Below are positions 1 to 13,222 of a stretch of DNA of 64,000 nt, one piece after another (the stretch's first letter is position 1; every line of letters begins with the position of its first letter). Source of the DNA: Tricharina praecox (Eukaryota); NCBI RefSeq assembly GCF_024521635.1, contig NW_026250406.1, positions 558,001 to 622,000 on the forward strand, in the 5' to 3' direction. The position numbers and the translations under genes were made by a program. The notes beneath the pieces are model-generated. The model ran no database searches. It saw only the letters and a list, made by a program, of their open reading frames with translations, and was not told where the DNA came from.

Positions 1-1260
1 GCCAAAGCAAGTAATTACCTCCAGAACCTCCCCATTACCGTACCTCGGTCGGCATTCGAGCTCTCCGGTGACCACGGTTGGTAGTTCGTCAATGGGCATA
101 CTTGCCGCATCCTCATGGCGTCGAGGGGAATAAGAGACGGCTGGACGACCTTGAATTTGGCATTCTGGCAACGTAGACGTCGGCGTCGCGAAGTAAGGAT
201 CGGTGCTGGAAATTGAGGCACATAGGGGAAGAGGAACTGATGACCGCAGAAGAGACGTAAGTAAATGTAAGAGCTGGTGTGGGTTTTTGTGGAGACCGAT
301 TGGTTCCAAGATGCACCGTGTTGTACCGGGGAGACATGGCCCGGTGGTCAATCTTCCGCGGCGGTAGGAAGTATCAGAGCAGAGGAATGAATAGCGGAGG
401 TGAAGGAAGCACGTGATAGCTGCGTTGTTGAGGTGCTAGCGCTTGTGGATGACGTATTGCATGGTATAGGGAGGGCCCGCAGGGGGGCTGTTTGTGTTTT
501 TTCTATTGATTGGGCATGACGGTGACGCATCTGGTTCTTCCCATCAAATCAATCCATCCCATCCACTTTCACTCCACCCCACTCACTTCCACTCCACCTC
601 ACCTACTCCCCCCACTCGCTCCCCATCCTCACCCCTAAATCTCCAAACACAACAACTACGATCACTATCAATTCAGCCCTCCGCGGTATCAACTTTGCAA
701 TCAACAATCCACTAGGATCGAAGCTCCCATCCGACGACCCGAAACAAAGCTCACATTTTCTCATCTCCGCATCTCCTCATCTCCTTATGTCTTCATCTTC
801 TCACTCCTTTCCCTCTCCGACGTGGATTCGCCTGAAGCCCGCGACCGCTTCATTCACCGCCTCAGTGACAGTCACTCGCAGCTGGCCCTCCTATTTAAAT
901 CCCGGTCATAATTGTCCTCATCCCTTTCCTTTCCTTTCACATCCCCGATTTTGCCCTTGCAACTTGCCGTTACGGCACATCAGCCCACTGCGGTTGCCAT
1001 CGTTCCCCAACCCTGTGGTCTGGGAAGGTGTCAACGGATACGGTATGTGCACTGATCTCTATCACTACTCAGGATCATCATCACACACAGTAGCTACTTT
1101 AGCCCGCGGCAAGAATATCACAGCGGACTCACCGCTGCGGCTGGGGAGAAGAGATGGAGGACAGCGAGCCTCACCCGGCTGCGTCTGGCAACATCTGGAG
1201 CGACTCCAACATGGATAACGATGCGACGGAGAGCGACGAGGAGCACCCCGTGTGCATCCG
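1..1260. repeat. Dispersed repeat family A, copy 1 (runs off the window start); inverted relative to the copy at 25905-27260
   Basis: Collinear reverse-complement similarity read by eye: 1-125 vs 27120-27260; 'gtatcaactttgcaatc..caatccactaggatcgaa' at 686-722 vs 26494-26533; 'gcaacatctggagcgactc' at 1188 vs ~25960. Contains an intron-like GTATGT..CAG segment (1043-1090). Confidence 0.85.
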
Positions 1261-4200
1261 AGCCCTAAGGGCCTAATTCCCTCCAAAGGATAAAAACCGT
1301 TGCGGCTAATCAGCACTGCTCCGCCAGCCACTGGTCCAGCCAGCAGCACATGAATAACGCGACTTCACACGAAGGGCTGTGAGATCGTGGAGTAATGCGT
1401 CGTCCCCACTATCCCCCTCCAGTCGACGGGCGTCGTTCTCCGCTCGGGCACCAGGGGGAGGAGGTGAATGCGGTTAGCAACCAAAGTTGGGGGCGCAAAC
1501 TGTAGTGGTAGTAGAGAAAAGAGCCGAGGCTAGGATCGGTGTAGACACGCATCACGTTTCCGGTGTAGATGCACCGGGTCGTGGTCGGGGGAGGGGGGGG
1601 GGGGGTTGAGACAAGAGAGATCGGGAGGAGAGTCACCTATTGAATGTGGCTATGCGTATTGGATGGATTAGCTCGACCTATTTATGATAATGGTTCAATT
1701 TCTCGCATTCGTATCTCTGCACAGTGATTCCTGTTCATAATCTTCCAGCTCATTAAAGCCACACCTTGGATATCGGCTGTGGTAGATCTAGACTTCTCAG
1801 AAAGCCGACCCATAGCTCAAGAGCCACAACGCCCCCGCCAAAGAGATAGAGGATTTCTTCTCGGGAGCGTATCACATAAATCTCGCAGCCCACAGAAAAA
1901 TAAATACTCGTGATAAATGATGCCTCAGATGTACTCGCTAAATTGGGAAATCGAGTCTTCGAAGTTCGAGCAATATGAAGTACTTTCCCAAGACTCTGCT
2001 GAGGGGAAGCTTTCGTGAAATACAGAGGTTTGCTGCTCAGATGTCGGTACTTATGTGTTCAGCTCGCCCGACTTTTCTGTTCACAACAGCCCTCATGGTT
2101 CCGCCGTGGCGCCGCCTGTTTCCCTTAGCAACCGGACCTCAGCCTCGCCGACATGCTCTAGACGACTGACTATCTCGCTAATGCAGTGTAGGTAGACCTC
2201 CATGTCATCCCTCCCCGCTCCTGATCTTACAACATCGAGTTTTCACACGTCATCGCTCGATGAGCGAGCAGCTTTGCATGCCTCGACGGCAGCGAGAAGC
2301 ATCACTAACGACTCAAGGTGTGTCCTCCCCCTGTTCGTCTGTCTTCCTCCCCTTGTTCTGAGCCCACCATCAATACCCTATCCCTCCTTCTCCCGTCTGC
2401 CTACTGTGGGACCTAGGGTAAACGACGCCTTGGCACGTCCGTTTCGGCCCAGAGGTGCAGACTCGGGCGGGACCGACTGTCAACAGCTTGTGAACAGACT
2501 GGGACCCGTCGCGACCTGCTCTGCTGGCAGGTATGACCGTGGGCGGAGAGATTCGTTTTGATTCGATTTGAGGGCGGCCATGGCAGATGCACGAGCGACG
2601 AAATTTCGCCGACCTGGCTACACCATATTCGATCGGCCAAATTTGGGAGAGCCCTTGTTTATAAAAGGCAGACCTCCTCTTGTGCCGGCCGGTGGTTTCT
2701 TTCCTCATCATCTTTCTCATCGTCTTTCTCATCACTGTTGTGATTGATTTCATTGATTTCATTTCTTTCCTGCTTTCTCATCGTTGTTTGGTTCACTACC
2801 CTACCATCAATGCCTCTCCATTCTCGCCATACCTCCCTTATCTCTTTCCATTACCATCCTCCACATTTCTGCACACCCGATCCTACAACTTTCTACTACC
2901 CTACCCCTCTTCCGAGAAAACGATTGTCAAGTCGGACGACCTCCAGTCCGTCTCCTTCGCTGGTACCATCACCATCCTCCTGTTGTCAACCACCCAACTT
3001 CTCAACCACTCCACAACCGCCGCTCCCAGAAAGTATGGCCGCCACTATCATTCCAACGTGCTACCTGCACGCCGCAGTCCAGTCATCCCTCTCCCATCGT
3101 CGCCCACAATCTATTTGCTCCCGAATACAACATCACGGCACTCGACGCCGGTACAGCCAAGTCCCTCCTCGTCGTCTTGGCCTACTCGCCCTACTCGTCG
3201 CCGCTTTAACGGACGAGGACTGCAGCAACAGTGCCGATCATACAGCGTCTCCCGTCCAGGAGATAGGACTACCGAAGAGTCACAATGGTAGCGAACAGGA
3301 CATGGAGGCGGTTGTGGAAATGAAGCAGATCATGGAGGAGGTGGAGGAGATGGAGGAAATGAAGAAGATGGTGGAGGTGCACATGTCGGAGGAGGTGGAG
3401 GCAATGGAGGAGATGGAGGAGGTGGAGGCTTTTGAGGTGAAACGAGGAATCCTCGGGCGACGATGAGAGGATGAGAGAACGAGAAGACGATGGAGGGGAT
3501 GGTAGGAAGGAGAGCAGGATTGTGAAGACAAGGACGACGGATAGCAGAGATTGCGCGGAGGGTGAACTATTGAATGTGGCTATGCATATTGGATAGAGTG
3601 GCTTGACCTAATCATTATAATGATTTAATTGCTTTTAGCGGGGTCGTATGTGTTTTGTGCCACCTGGCAGAATCATACTTTTTTAGATAGGCCGGCGGGT
3701 TGTGTTGTTAGCCGTTTGTTTGTATTTCTGTTTCTTGTTCTTCTTCTTCTTCTTTCTCTCATCATCATCAAAATAGACGATCAACGCTCGCGTCGTCTCC
3801 TTTCTACGTGTGTGCTTTCATGTAGATCTTGCCTGCAGCCTGGAGTGTTGTTGGCCGATGAACCACACACAAACCGGCTCATAATCACCGATCAAGCCAG
3901 CAGCTCATCGCCGCCGCTCTAGCCCTTCTCTTCACGTCATTAGACTCATCGTTGTCGGTCAAGAATCCGGTGCACCAACTTAGCTGCGGCTCCTCATCGC
4001 CGCTCCGGCTCACAGTCGTGCCTCCGGCGGTAAAGAAGGTCGGCATATGACGACACATTTGCGGAGACGATTTCTTGACGATGAATGGTTCAATGCCAGC
4101 CGCGCTGGAGATCCTTCCCCAGGTTCTAACAAGGAGCCGTTGGATACGTGGCCGTTCACACCACGCTGAAACGAAATTGCACCGTTGCACAGATTGGATG

Positions 4201-4579
4201 AAAGCAACGGGAAACGATTAACCCAATACCGGAAATCACTGCAATTGAGAATCCTACAGACTAGAGGAGCGGAGGTCAAACCTGAGATTGCCGACTGCAG
4301 CATCATTCTATGATCCAGCCGTACCCCCCCCCCCCCCCGCTAAGCAACATCTTCCATGGGCAGAAGTGAGGAAGTAAATGAAGCGAAGACGCAGAGAATC
4401 TAGCTCCTCAGGGATGCATAGTTTTAGGCCGGGTGGTATACCAGACGTTCCGAGAATACGGTGACTACATAGGTACCGCTCACCAGTCGAGGTAAAGACC
4501 CAGTCACTCAGGAGACGTAACATGTAAAGGATCAGCAGTAGACAAAGGATTTATGTATGGTATGAAGTACATGTTTTAT

Positions 4580-5900
4580 TTTAAACAACTTCTAAGTAAA
4601 GAAAATATGATATAAAATTATAAATGCGACATCCCAAAGTTTTCCACCGACTGCACAATCGAACCAGAGAGAATCAGTACAGAAATGTCGGAGAACTATC
4701 TCGTAGTAGCCCTCATCGGGTCTCGTTGTTATCCTCTGGCATATCTCCCACTCCATCAGTCGCTCAGTTCGCGCTCAGACGTTGAATCCTGACATTCCGA
4801 AAGGTTGCGAAGGTCGCAACCTGCTGATTGACACCGATCCAGGACATTTCAATCGGCGACTCCTGGCCGCCGCCATCGATATCCGATTCCCGAGAATCAA
4901 AATATCCATCATTATTGAAGGGAATGAAGCTTGGAATATTTAGGTAGGAAAACCAAGGCGATCCGATTGGATCCGCTTGGTCCGCTTGGCTCGGCGTAGC
5001 GGCAAGACCGGCTTCAAGGGGGTTGGGTTCGCAGCCAGTAACGACTACTCGCTGCCTATAAATACAGGCAGGAAGCCTATACAAATTAGAATTGAAAAAC
5101 ATCTTGCTGTCCGGAGTATTCACCCACCTTAGTGGGTAGTGGAAGGTTGCTTGGGTTTCAGCCAGTCAGTGGCAGCATGTGCCCGCGGCAGTCTTACTTT
5201 CATCATGTTGGGCAGGCGGACCTGTCATTATCTCAGAATGCTTTAAATAAAAGGACAGGAGAGTGAAGCCGGTGAGTGCTTACCTGAAAGTTGTCAACCT
5301 GTTTGACTTCGAGGGATCGCAATGCTGTGATTTGGTCGAATAAGGGTTTTGATTGTGATAGATGTAGTTGAAGTGGAAAGAAATGCCTCCTGCGGGGGAT
5401 GGTGATTGTTGTTATTGGTGGTGGGAAGTATATGTGAGGGTGAGAAGAAGAAGGGAAAATGAGAAGAAGAAGTAAGTGTGGGGAAGTAGAAGTGTGGGTG
5501 AGAAGAAGAAGGAGGAATGAGAAGAATAAGGAAGGGTAGGAAGTAGAAGGAAGGATAGCTATCTTATAGGTAGGGCGGCGGCGAAGAAATAGGGTTTCAA
5601 TCACGCGACAGCTCCCCTCCAGCCCACCCCTCCCTCACTAGTCACCATAGCAACAAGCAATTGAAAAGCATAGAAATTGAATTTTCTGTTTGTTTCTTCA
5701 TCGTTAGTGCCCAGCCTATGCAGCCTATGACGAAATGAGGTGCCCGGCTAGGTATCCTATCTGCAGGCAAGAAAACTGGCACGTAAGTAACACATATGCC
5801 TCCACCATCCGCCTGGGCAGCAAAACGATAGGGAGAAAGCACCCGGGAAAGTACACGACAATGACGGCCTTCAAAGAAACTGCTCAGACCTCCACTTTCC
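4580..5900 (-). pseudogene. Repeat family B, copy 1: decayed intron-containing orphan gene relic, direct repeat of 22560-24070
   Basis: Shared blocks 'cctataaatacaggca..ttgctgtccgga.tatt.acccaccttag' (5055-5131 vs 23009-23086) and 'cccagcctatgcagcctatgacgaaatgag' (5711 vs 23873). Minus-strand GTGGGT..TAG intron-like segment; no intact ORF. Confidence 0.65.
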
Positions 5901-7824
5901 GTCCATACCGGTACTCGCCCACTACTAGAATGGCCTCCTCCGTCCCCTCCGCCTCCTCCGCCTTTTCGGCCACCTTCTTGCACCTTCTTCAACCGTCATC
6001 TGGCCGCGCGGTCTGCCTACATGCTATCATTCACACCACCTGTGAAGAAAATCAATCCGAGCGGTTCAAGAGAAGAATATCGTAACGAGGATAACCTACA
6101 ACTGAATCACGTCCGGCACCCGAGCAGAGGGAGAGGCAGTGCACGACGAGCCCACACATGCACGGAAATATGACGGAGAGACGAACAAAGCACACCGCCG
6201 AAAGCAGGTACCACCAGCGCCAACAACAGTAGATCGGAAGGACCGAGGGTTAGGCCGTGGGTGAACGGACGGAGAGAAGCACAAGGAGCGTGGGAGACAT
6301 CTGGTGATTCACTAGAGGGAAGGAGGAGATATCAAACATGGGGTATTGGCGGGCAAGGCTGGTACGAGCGGTCGGAGCGGGGGAGTGATGGTAATTGGAA
6401 GGGAATCTGGGCAGTATTGGTGGAGAAGAAAGCCTCAAGGTATAACGTTTCTTGTCTGTTTATGCAATGGAGACATACTCGAAAATCTGGACCTTGAACA
6501 GTGGCTGACGAGTGACATTATGTGCAGCGCTACATCCCGACGGGTTCCTCGGTTGCCGGCATATCCCGCTTCGAGGAACTATATATTCATCATACGGCTG
6601 ATGGAAAATGGTTTCACCGCGCCGGATCGCGAGCCACTTGCTCAGCAGTGGTAGAGGAAACGTTCGCAATATCCACACAGTTGGTGCAAGCAGAATCATG
6701 GTAGGGACTCTCACCGTTCATGAACGAAGCTAATATAGGTCCTGAAGAAAGACCACGATGTCGAAGGCCGATCATGAGGAGGGATGCGGACAGTGGTACG
6801 AGATAGGTACATGCAAATGAATATCGACCTGACACTAAATCCTAAAAAAAGATTGCGATCGAATACTGGATTCCCCTTGGGAAAAAAACCACCATACCAA
6901 TGGCGCGGACGCCCACATATGTACTTGCCGGTCTCTCGCATGTGCATCGCCTCTAAGAGTCCGGAAATTATAACCGACAGCCAACCCTTACATAACCGCA
7001 ATGGTTACCCGCACGCCAGGACCAGTGTTTGAACTGCCGCGAGATATAAGCGAAGGTCGAATCTCCATGCGAGCGGAAGTGGTGATGACACTGACGAAAG
7101 TTCCTAGCAGCAGCGACGCGGTGGCTAGCGGTCGCGATCGACTCCTCCCCAGTGCGCGAACTCCAGAAGACACATCGGTGTAATTTTTGAAGTTGTCGAA
7201 AGCGCACCCAATCTGCTGCTACTAGCGGAGAAGATGAACTTATTATTGGTATGCATTCATGCCCGAGGCCCACACCACGCCTAGGAGGGATTATGGGGAG
7301 AGCATGGAATGATGGGTTGGGCGATTTGAGGTATGGCGGTTTTGATCTGAGTAGGAAGGATTCTGCCTCTTCCTTTGCATTCCAATTTTCGGCTGACAAT
7401 GAAATAAGATCTCAAGTCCCATGTGCACCGACTTTCAACCAAGTTAAGGAGCGAAAGTTATTTGATTTCCTAACAGAAGACAATACATCCAAGCAAACGA
7501 TCCAAATACAAAAACATCATTGTGCTCGTTATCCCCGCCTCCACAAAAAAGAACCCACGACAGCTCCTCCGCCTCGCTTCTGCAGTAACGATGGCGACTT
7601 CCCCGCCGCAGACGACTCCTCCGCTTGAACTCCCGTACCGGTACCAACCCGCAGAACAGCGTGCACGACAAACAGAAAACAAACGGCAATAGAAACGAAT
7701 CTGCAATCACCGGCTAGGCCCACCGGTCCTCTTGTTCACCATTTCACCGCCCCCCAACACTTTCCTTCTCCACCAAACCCACCTCATTGCCCACCCTGAA
7801 AGATCTGTGGACCGACGAACCGAT

Positions 7825-8128
7825 CTAGACAGCGTTGACACAGTTGACACCGATGATACCGAGCGGTCCCTGCTTGAAGTCACCGCAGCACTTCTGGCTA
7901 CCGCCGAGGATGTTGACGTTGCTGCACACTTTACACGTTCTGTCAGCGATCCAATACCGACTTCACACTGGGATAGTGAAGGAACTCACAGCCGATAAGA
8001 CAGATGGAACCCCCGTTGCAGCAGGCAGGAGTCTGCTGGTTCTGGCATGTGACGCCACGCTCGGCAACGATGGGAGAGGAAGCGACGAGAGCGGCGAAGA
8101 GGAAAGTGATGGCAACGGAGAACTGCAT
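7825..8128 (-). CDS. Secreted hydrophobin-like protein, 80 aa, 8 Cys; exons 8128-7990 and 7928-7825
   Basis: Splicing a 61-nt GTGAGT..CTGAC..AAG intron (7989-7929) gives MQFSVAITFLFAALVASSPIVAERGVTCQNQQTPACCNGGSICLIGLCSNVNILGGSQKCCGDFKQGPLGIIGVNCVNAV*. This has a signal peptide and the C-CC-C-C-CC-C hydrophobin pattern. Confidence 0.88.
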
Positions 8129-8296
8129 GGTGCTGGTGGAGGTTGCTTTGTCGGAGGGTTATTGGGAAGAGAGAAGGCGTTGATTGAGCGGAGACGAAAG
8201 TGCTGGCGGTTTTGTTGGTTGCTTTGATGTGGAGGGTGTTGTTGAAAGGCAACTTGGTGAGGAAAAGAGGGTGAGGTTGAGGCAGCGGAGGCCGGG

Positions 8297-8303
8297 TTTT
8301 ATA
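8297..8303 (-). promoter_or_regulatory. TATA box (TATAAAA) upstream of the hydrophobin-like gene
   Basis: TATAAAA on the minus strand ~170 nt upstream of the ATG, followed by a CT-rich tract typical of fungal core promoters. Confidence 0.6.
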
Positions 8304-11300
8304 CGAATTTGGGATGCCAAAGGCGGGCGTTGGATGACGATGAAGCGTCGAAGGGAGCTGAATGGCGATGGGAGCTTGACGATGGACTTGCAGTAGGGAG
8401 CTCGACTGTGAAGACGGCAAAGCCCGCGCGAGAAGCTAGTGCACAGTCGATCTCTCGATTATCGTCATTATCGCCAACAGCATTTCCATCCGGCCAACGA
8501 TTCGGGTATAGGAATCCACGGAGTTGCCGATGCCTGTCGCCGCTGTTCCCGGCAGTTGGATCGATGATCGTCAACTGCGTTCCTTCTTGCAGCGCTTTGA
8601 TGATCACCAACTTCTCAGCCGTTCGTCACGAAACCTGAAAGAGGATTAATGGACAACGTCAAGCAACTGAGTGATCGTCGAAGCATGAACTTTGTGCGAC
8701 TGGCCAAGTACCATCTCCGGCCAACTACGTACGCCGGGCACGTGCATCAACGTTACATCACTTTGCACTTCACGCATTCTGGCACAAATGCGGCTATAGT
8801 AGAAGTTTAGGCGATGTCGTCTCGACGACCAGACAGTGACTGGTGCTGCGGGTTAAAGCCGGAAATAGCCCCGTCCGTCACATCTCCTTAAGATGCCTTC
8901 CCGTTCACTATACGCAAAGAGGTACTCAAGTGTTCTACCCCCCGAACAAAGTCCCGTCGATCTGGGAAAGAGCCTGTTTCGTCTCCGTGGAATTCCATTA
9001 CCCGTCAGGTCCCAGTTCTTCCCCGGCGACACCCACCTCCCGGCGTCGGGCTGGGTTCGGGATATGCCGTCAAATCTCACCGCCGTCATATAGGTCAGTC
9101 AAATTCAAGTTTCTTCTGCCGTGGCTACTGCTTATCATCTGTATCCATGTAGGGCTGTGTGAGATATCTGCCGATGACCTCCGTCGGAGTCTCTTGGTCA
9201 CTGTATCTCACTCTATCTAGGAATACGACTTTTTGTTGCGATTCTCGTTCGAAGTTCACATCCTCAAACCGCACCGTCATTTCTCGACGAAGTTGCACAT
9301 TGGTCATCATGTTGGTAATATTTGCACGCTTCGAGAATCTTGTTTATTTTCATATTTGCTTCTCCTTCTGTCTGGTATGTCTAGCTAATCATCCGCTATG
9401 TTTTGAAAATCAATCGAAGAAATAAGCTCATCACGTACTTTTCGACATTCTTCCAGCTTAACACTTGCACTTTTGACCGTGGATGGGAAATGGAGTGTGT
9501 ATATCGTCTCGATCTAGACTGGTCGCATTCAATGTGAATACACAAAACAAAATGGACTTGGCCAGGGCAGGTGGACAAGACTTCTCGGGTGCGTTTGCCA
9601 CAGTCAAGACAGGCTGTAAGTGAAACAAAATCGATATCTCCTAGCCCCCAACTGACAATTTTGTAGTGAGGTAGATAACTATCACCAAAAGCCGCTACTT
9701 ACAAGGAGTCCCGCACGAAGGGCACGAAACATTCGCACACGCAGCACACGCCCTCCCTCTACATAATGGCTGTTGCTCCAGAGTAGCTACAAACGCTGCC
9801 GTCACGGTCACGGTGTTCGTGCTGGGCGACAATCCTACGGCAAACTCCGCAGCCCAGACTTATGATCGTCTGGTATCTATATGATCTCCCGACCCCCCCC
9901 CCCCTAGCTTCCGGCCTTGATTAATCCTTCCCGTTATAAGTCCCTCCTCCCTCGAGCGAAGCATCGACATGCAGAATTTCCTTTCACATCCCAATATGCC
10001 GGGTCGGGTCAGGCACGCGATGGTACTGATCGTTGATTGGTCTTGTGTAGCCTTACGGATGTTGCCGTCGAACACTCGTTAACGCCGCCAATGAAAAACC
10101 AGGGATCACCACGCGGAACCTGAGTTCTGCTCGGGAGCGTCGATTCCGTCATCGACTATCGTTTTGACTAGGGGATGATCATGCAGTCGCCAATAGAAAG
10201 AATTACATGGGTGAAGGAAGCGAATACCTTACTTTGACCACTACTAATTGCACATGCAAGTAGCTACTCGGTGGTCCCGTTAAGTCTTTGCCAACTCAGC
10301 TCATGTTGGATTTTGTTCATCATCCTATATTCGACCATGTCCAGCCACCAGAATAGTTCATCCTTGTGTCGCCAACAGCGGGTCCCACTCCATGGTAATG
10401 TTGGAAACGGTCCGGCCCGGAATGCAGTCCGAGTGGGACCAACTTCGTCGGTTCGCTCCTGTCCTCTTGACTAGTAGACAGCCCGTTCAATTCATCGTCA
10501 CTGACGGCTGCGGTCGACCGCGGCCAACTGTGGAACCAGGATAGCTGCGGCGATAAGAACCTTCGACTGAGACGTGTGGAGATATTTGGGGGTCTTGGTT
10601 AGGTATCTTAAGGCCTCATTCATGCTCTATCTAGGTAAAATTATTGCTGCTCGCGTCGAGACTCGGGAGTCGTTTCGGGATTTCTTCATTGCGGCGTGAT
10701 GATCTGTGAGTTATTTTTGTTTCTTTCGACGGCAAAGTGGCCGACATGTTGATCTCACGAATTCTAACTCCTATCCAGTTCACGCAGTCGATTGCCATTT
10801 GTCCACGGTAGTGACCCTCCCAGGTTTGCCTTCTCGGAGTCTCCGGGTCCTAACAGCTGGACAGACCCATGACGCAGTGCACCTCCGTCAGTCTATGCCG
10901 GAAAACCAACCCGGGACTGGATTTTGTGGAAAACTACTTGACGACTGCATCGGGGCTTCTCGTTTGAACTTCTTCACCCTACATGCCCGCTACGTTGAAA
11001 AGACGAACAAGAAACAGGAATATCACGGACTCGGACTTCTCCTACCGCGACATTCATGCGGTCCGCAGGACTCTATACATGATAAGGCATTCCCAGAGGT
11101 ATGAGAAGAGCAATGTTATGGAGGTCCAACAGCTACTTGGATATAAGCTCCATCACAAATCACAAGTGGTCACCATCGTCTACATCCGATAGGTTTTCCG
11201 GGGAGGAGGGGATTCTGGCATTTGCCTTGCTGTGGCGATGGAAAAAGAAGAAACTACTGGAGTTCCTTCTCAGTCTCTCATGCGCGGATTTGCATCGCTG

Positions 11301-12646
11301 AGCTCTGGTGATTCAGTGGTGATGCGGAGTTGGGAGAAGGAATTGATCTGCTGAGGACCAACTTGATGCACTGTCGAACCGGTGACGCCAGGCGTGCGAA
11401 AGAAACGGGCACCGGCAGGAATAATGCCGCATGTTATGGGCAATTGTGAATTCCCATCAATTCCTTCTGCATAGTCATATGGTGGTGTTACCTCTGTTCA
11501 AGGAGGGTACTATATCACAGTTCTATAGGGAAAGTTCTTTTTTCATGCAATCACAAAGTGCCCTTCACGTGCATATGTGCAATTCCGCTCTTCAGAATTC
11601 AGACCAGTATTTCTCAGCTATGTATTTACAAATTCTCCGGATACCGGTACGTCCGTCGTGCGACCCTCGCATCAGAGAAAAAGCTCCGCTGGTAAGAGCG
11701 ATTTGTGCCAAATGGCGAGGGAAGGTGGTTCCCGCAGCAGGATGTTACAGAGCCGAACTGAACGCCCGGTACTCCCGCCAGCCGAGCCGCTATCCGAGAA
11801 CCATCATCCCCGAATATCGAGTACGTTTGTGCCTATGGCGCCTCTCCAGCCAGAACTCGGCTGTGAAGTTCCGCTTTCCTTCTTCTGGCTCGTTTAACGC
11901 ACAGGATTTCCCACGAACATTAGCATGCCTGCAGAGGCAGAACGTCCCGGCATTCTTCCGATCGACTTCCCTTATTAGCTGTTAGCCTTGTTTTCTTTAT
12001 GCGGAGCACAGAAAAGGTGATCTCACGCGCATCCCCGTGAGTGATAGGTATCAAAGGTTTCAGCTGTATGCTCAGGCCTCACGGAAGTAGACATGAGCTG
12101 AACCCGCAGTTCTCTCACATCTTCAAATCCTGCTTTTCCTCCCACCACTGTAGAAAAGCAATGGGTTTTTTCAACCTCCATCCCACGTTGTTGTAGACCG
12201 TCTATCTATCTGCGAAGTCAAATGACCTCACAATCGATCGAAATTTGAAACTGAACCCCATAGGCGAATGCATGTTTACTCGCATTATTGATCGACCGAA
12301 TAGTCGCTGCACCTTCACTCTTTCAAGCACCATGGCTTGTCCTCCAATTACTCGCCAGAGTCGCGATGACCAGGGCAACACTCAAGATTCGGCCCAACCT
12401 ATGCGCCCCACGTAGACATGGATATCACCAAACACCATCCCACTGACCATGGCTTCTCGACTCTCGATCTGTCTCAGATTCCCGTTCCCATGCTTTTGCG
12501 TGGGCATGGTCCAATCAGCTGCACTGCATTCGACGGATGCGGATTTCGGTAGGAGTGAGAAGTCAGGCAACCTTGCAGCAGGGTAAAGAGAACGCCGGAT
12601 ATGGGAAAAATCGGCATATATTCGTGCCCCGGACTTTCCAATTAAA

Positions 12647-13222
12647 TTAATATTCGTTGAAGAAGAATCGATTTGGTCGCGGATCAAGAAGCCGGATGTC
12701 GGGAATCGAAAATGCAAGACTCGTGAAGAACCGCGTCATGTCGCAGCATGGGAATGAGTTGACGAATCTTCTTTCATGACAATGATGTGACGGGACTCGG
12801 GAGTCCAACGACGTCCCATCTCCAACTTTCAGAGTGCTGGCCTTCTGCGCGCCAACAACAGCCTCAAGCCGGACGGTTAATGGTATACCGTATACGAATG
12901 CATGAAGCACCTCAAGCTTTCTCCCTCCCAACACGTAACCATGCATCTGGAGTTTATCCGTTATCTGAGCATTTGGAATTCCTGTTTCCTTCCCAGCGTG
13001 CCTCCTTCGCAGCTCATTGGATCAAGTTATCCACTTGATGTCCAGCGCTTCCAGAATGTTCCGTTTCTCGGGCGAAAATGAAGACCCAGGATCCAACCAC
13101 AAAACTACTGCTTCCCGGCAACATCCGTTCCCCCTTGTCCATCCGCGGCCGCGGATGCTACTCGTTATACGAGTGCTGCAGTGCGTTAGAACGTTCACTG
13201 GATTAGGATGTTGCCAGACCAC
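12647..13222 (-). pseudogene. Interrupted reading frame, possibly a His-Cys box/His-Me endonuclease-like relic
   Basis: ORFs 13022-13222 and 12647-12946 share one frame, separated by a single TGA. The frame contains LHAFVYG...PSHHCHERRFVN, reminiscent of the SHLCHNxxCxN motif. Weak, by-eye match only. Confidence 0.25.

Noticed and set aside
2680..3466. Long ORFs of 203 and 240 aa
   Set aside because: Low-complexity CT- and GA-rich sequence with non-ATG starts and no recognisable domain.
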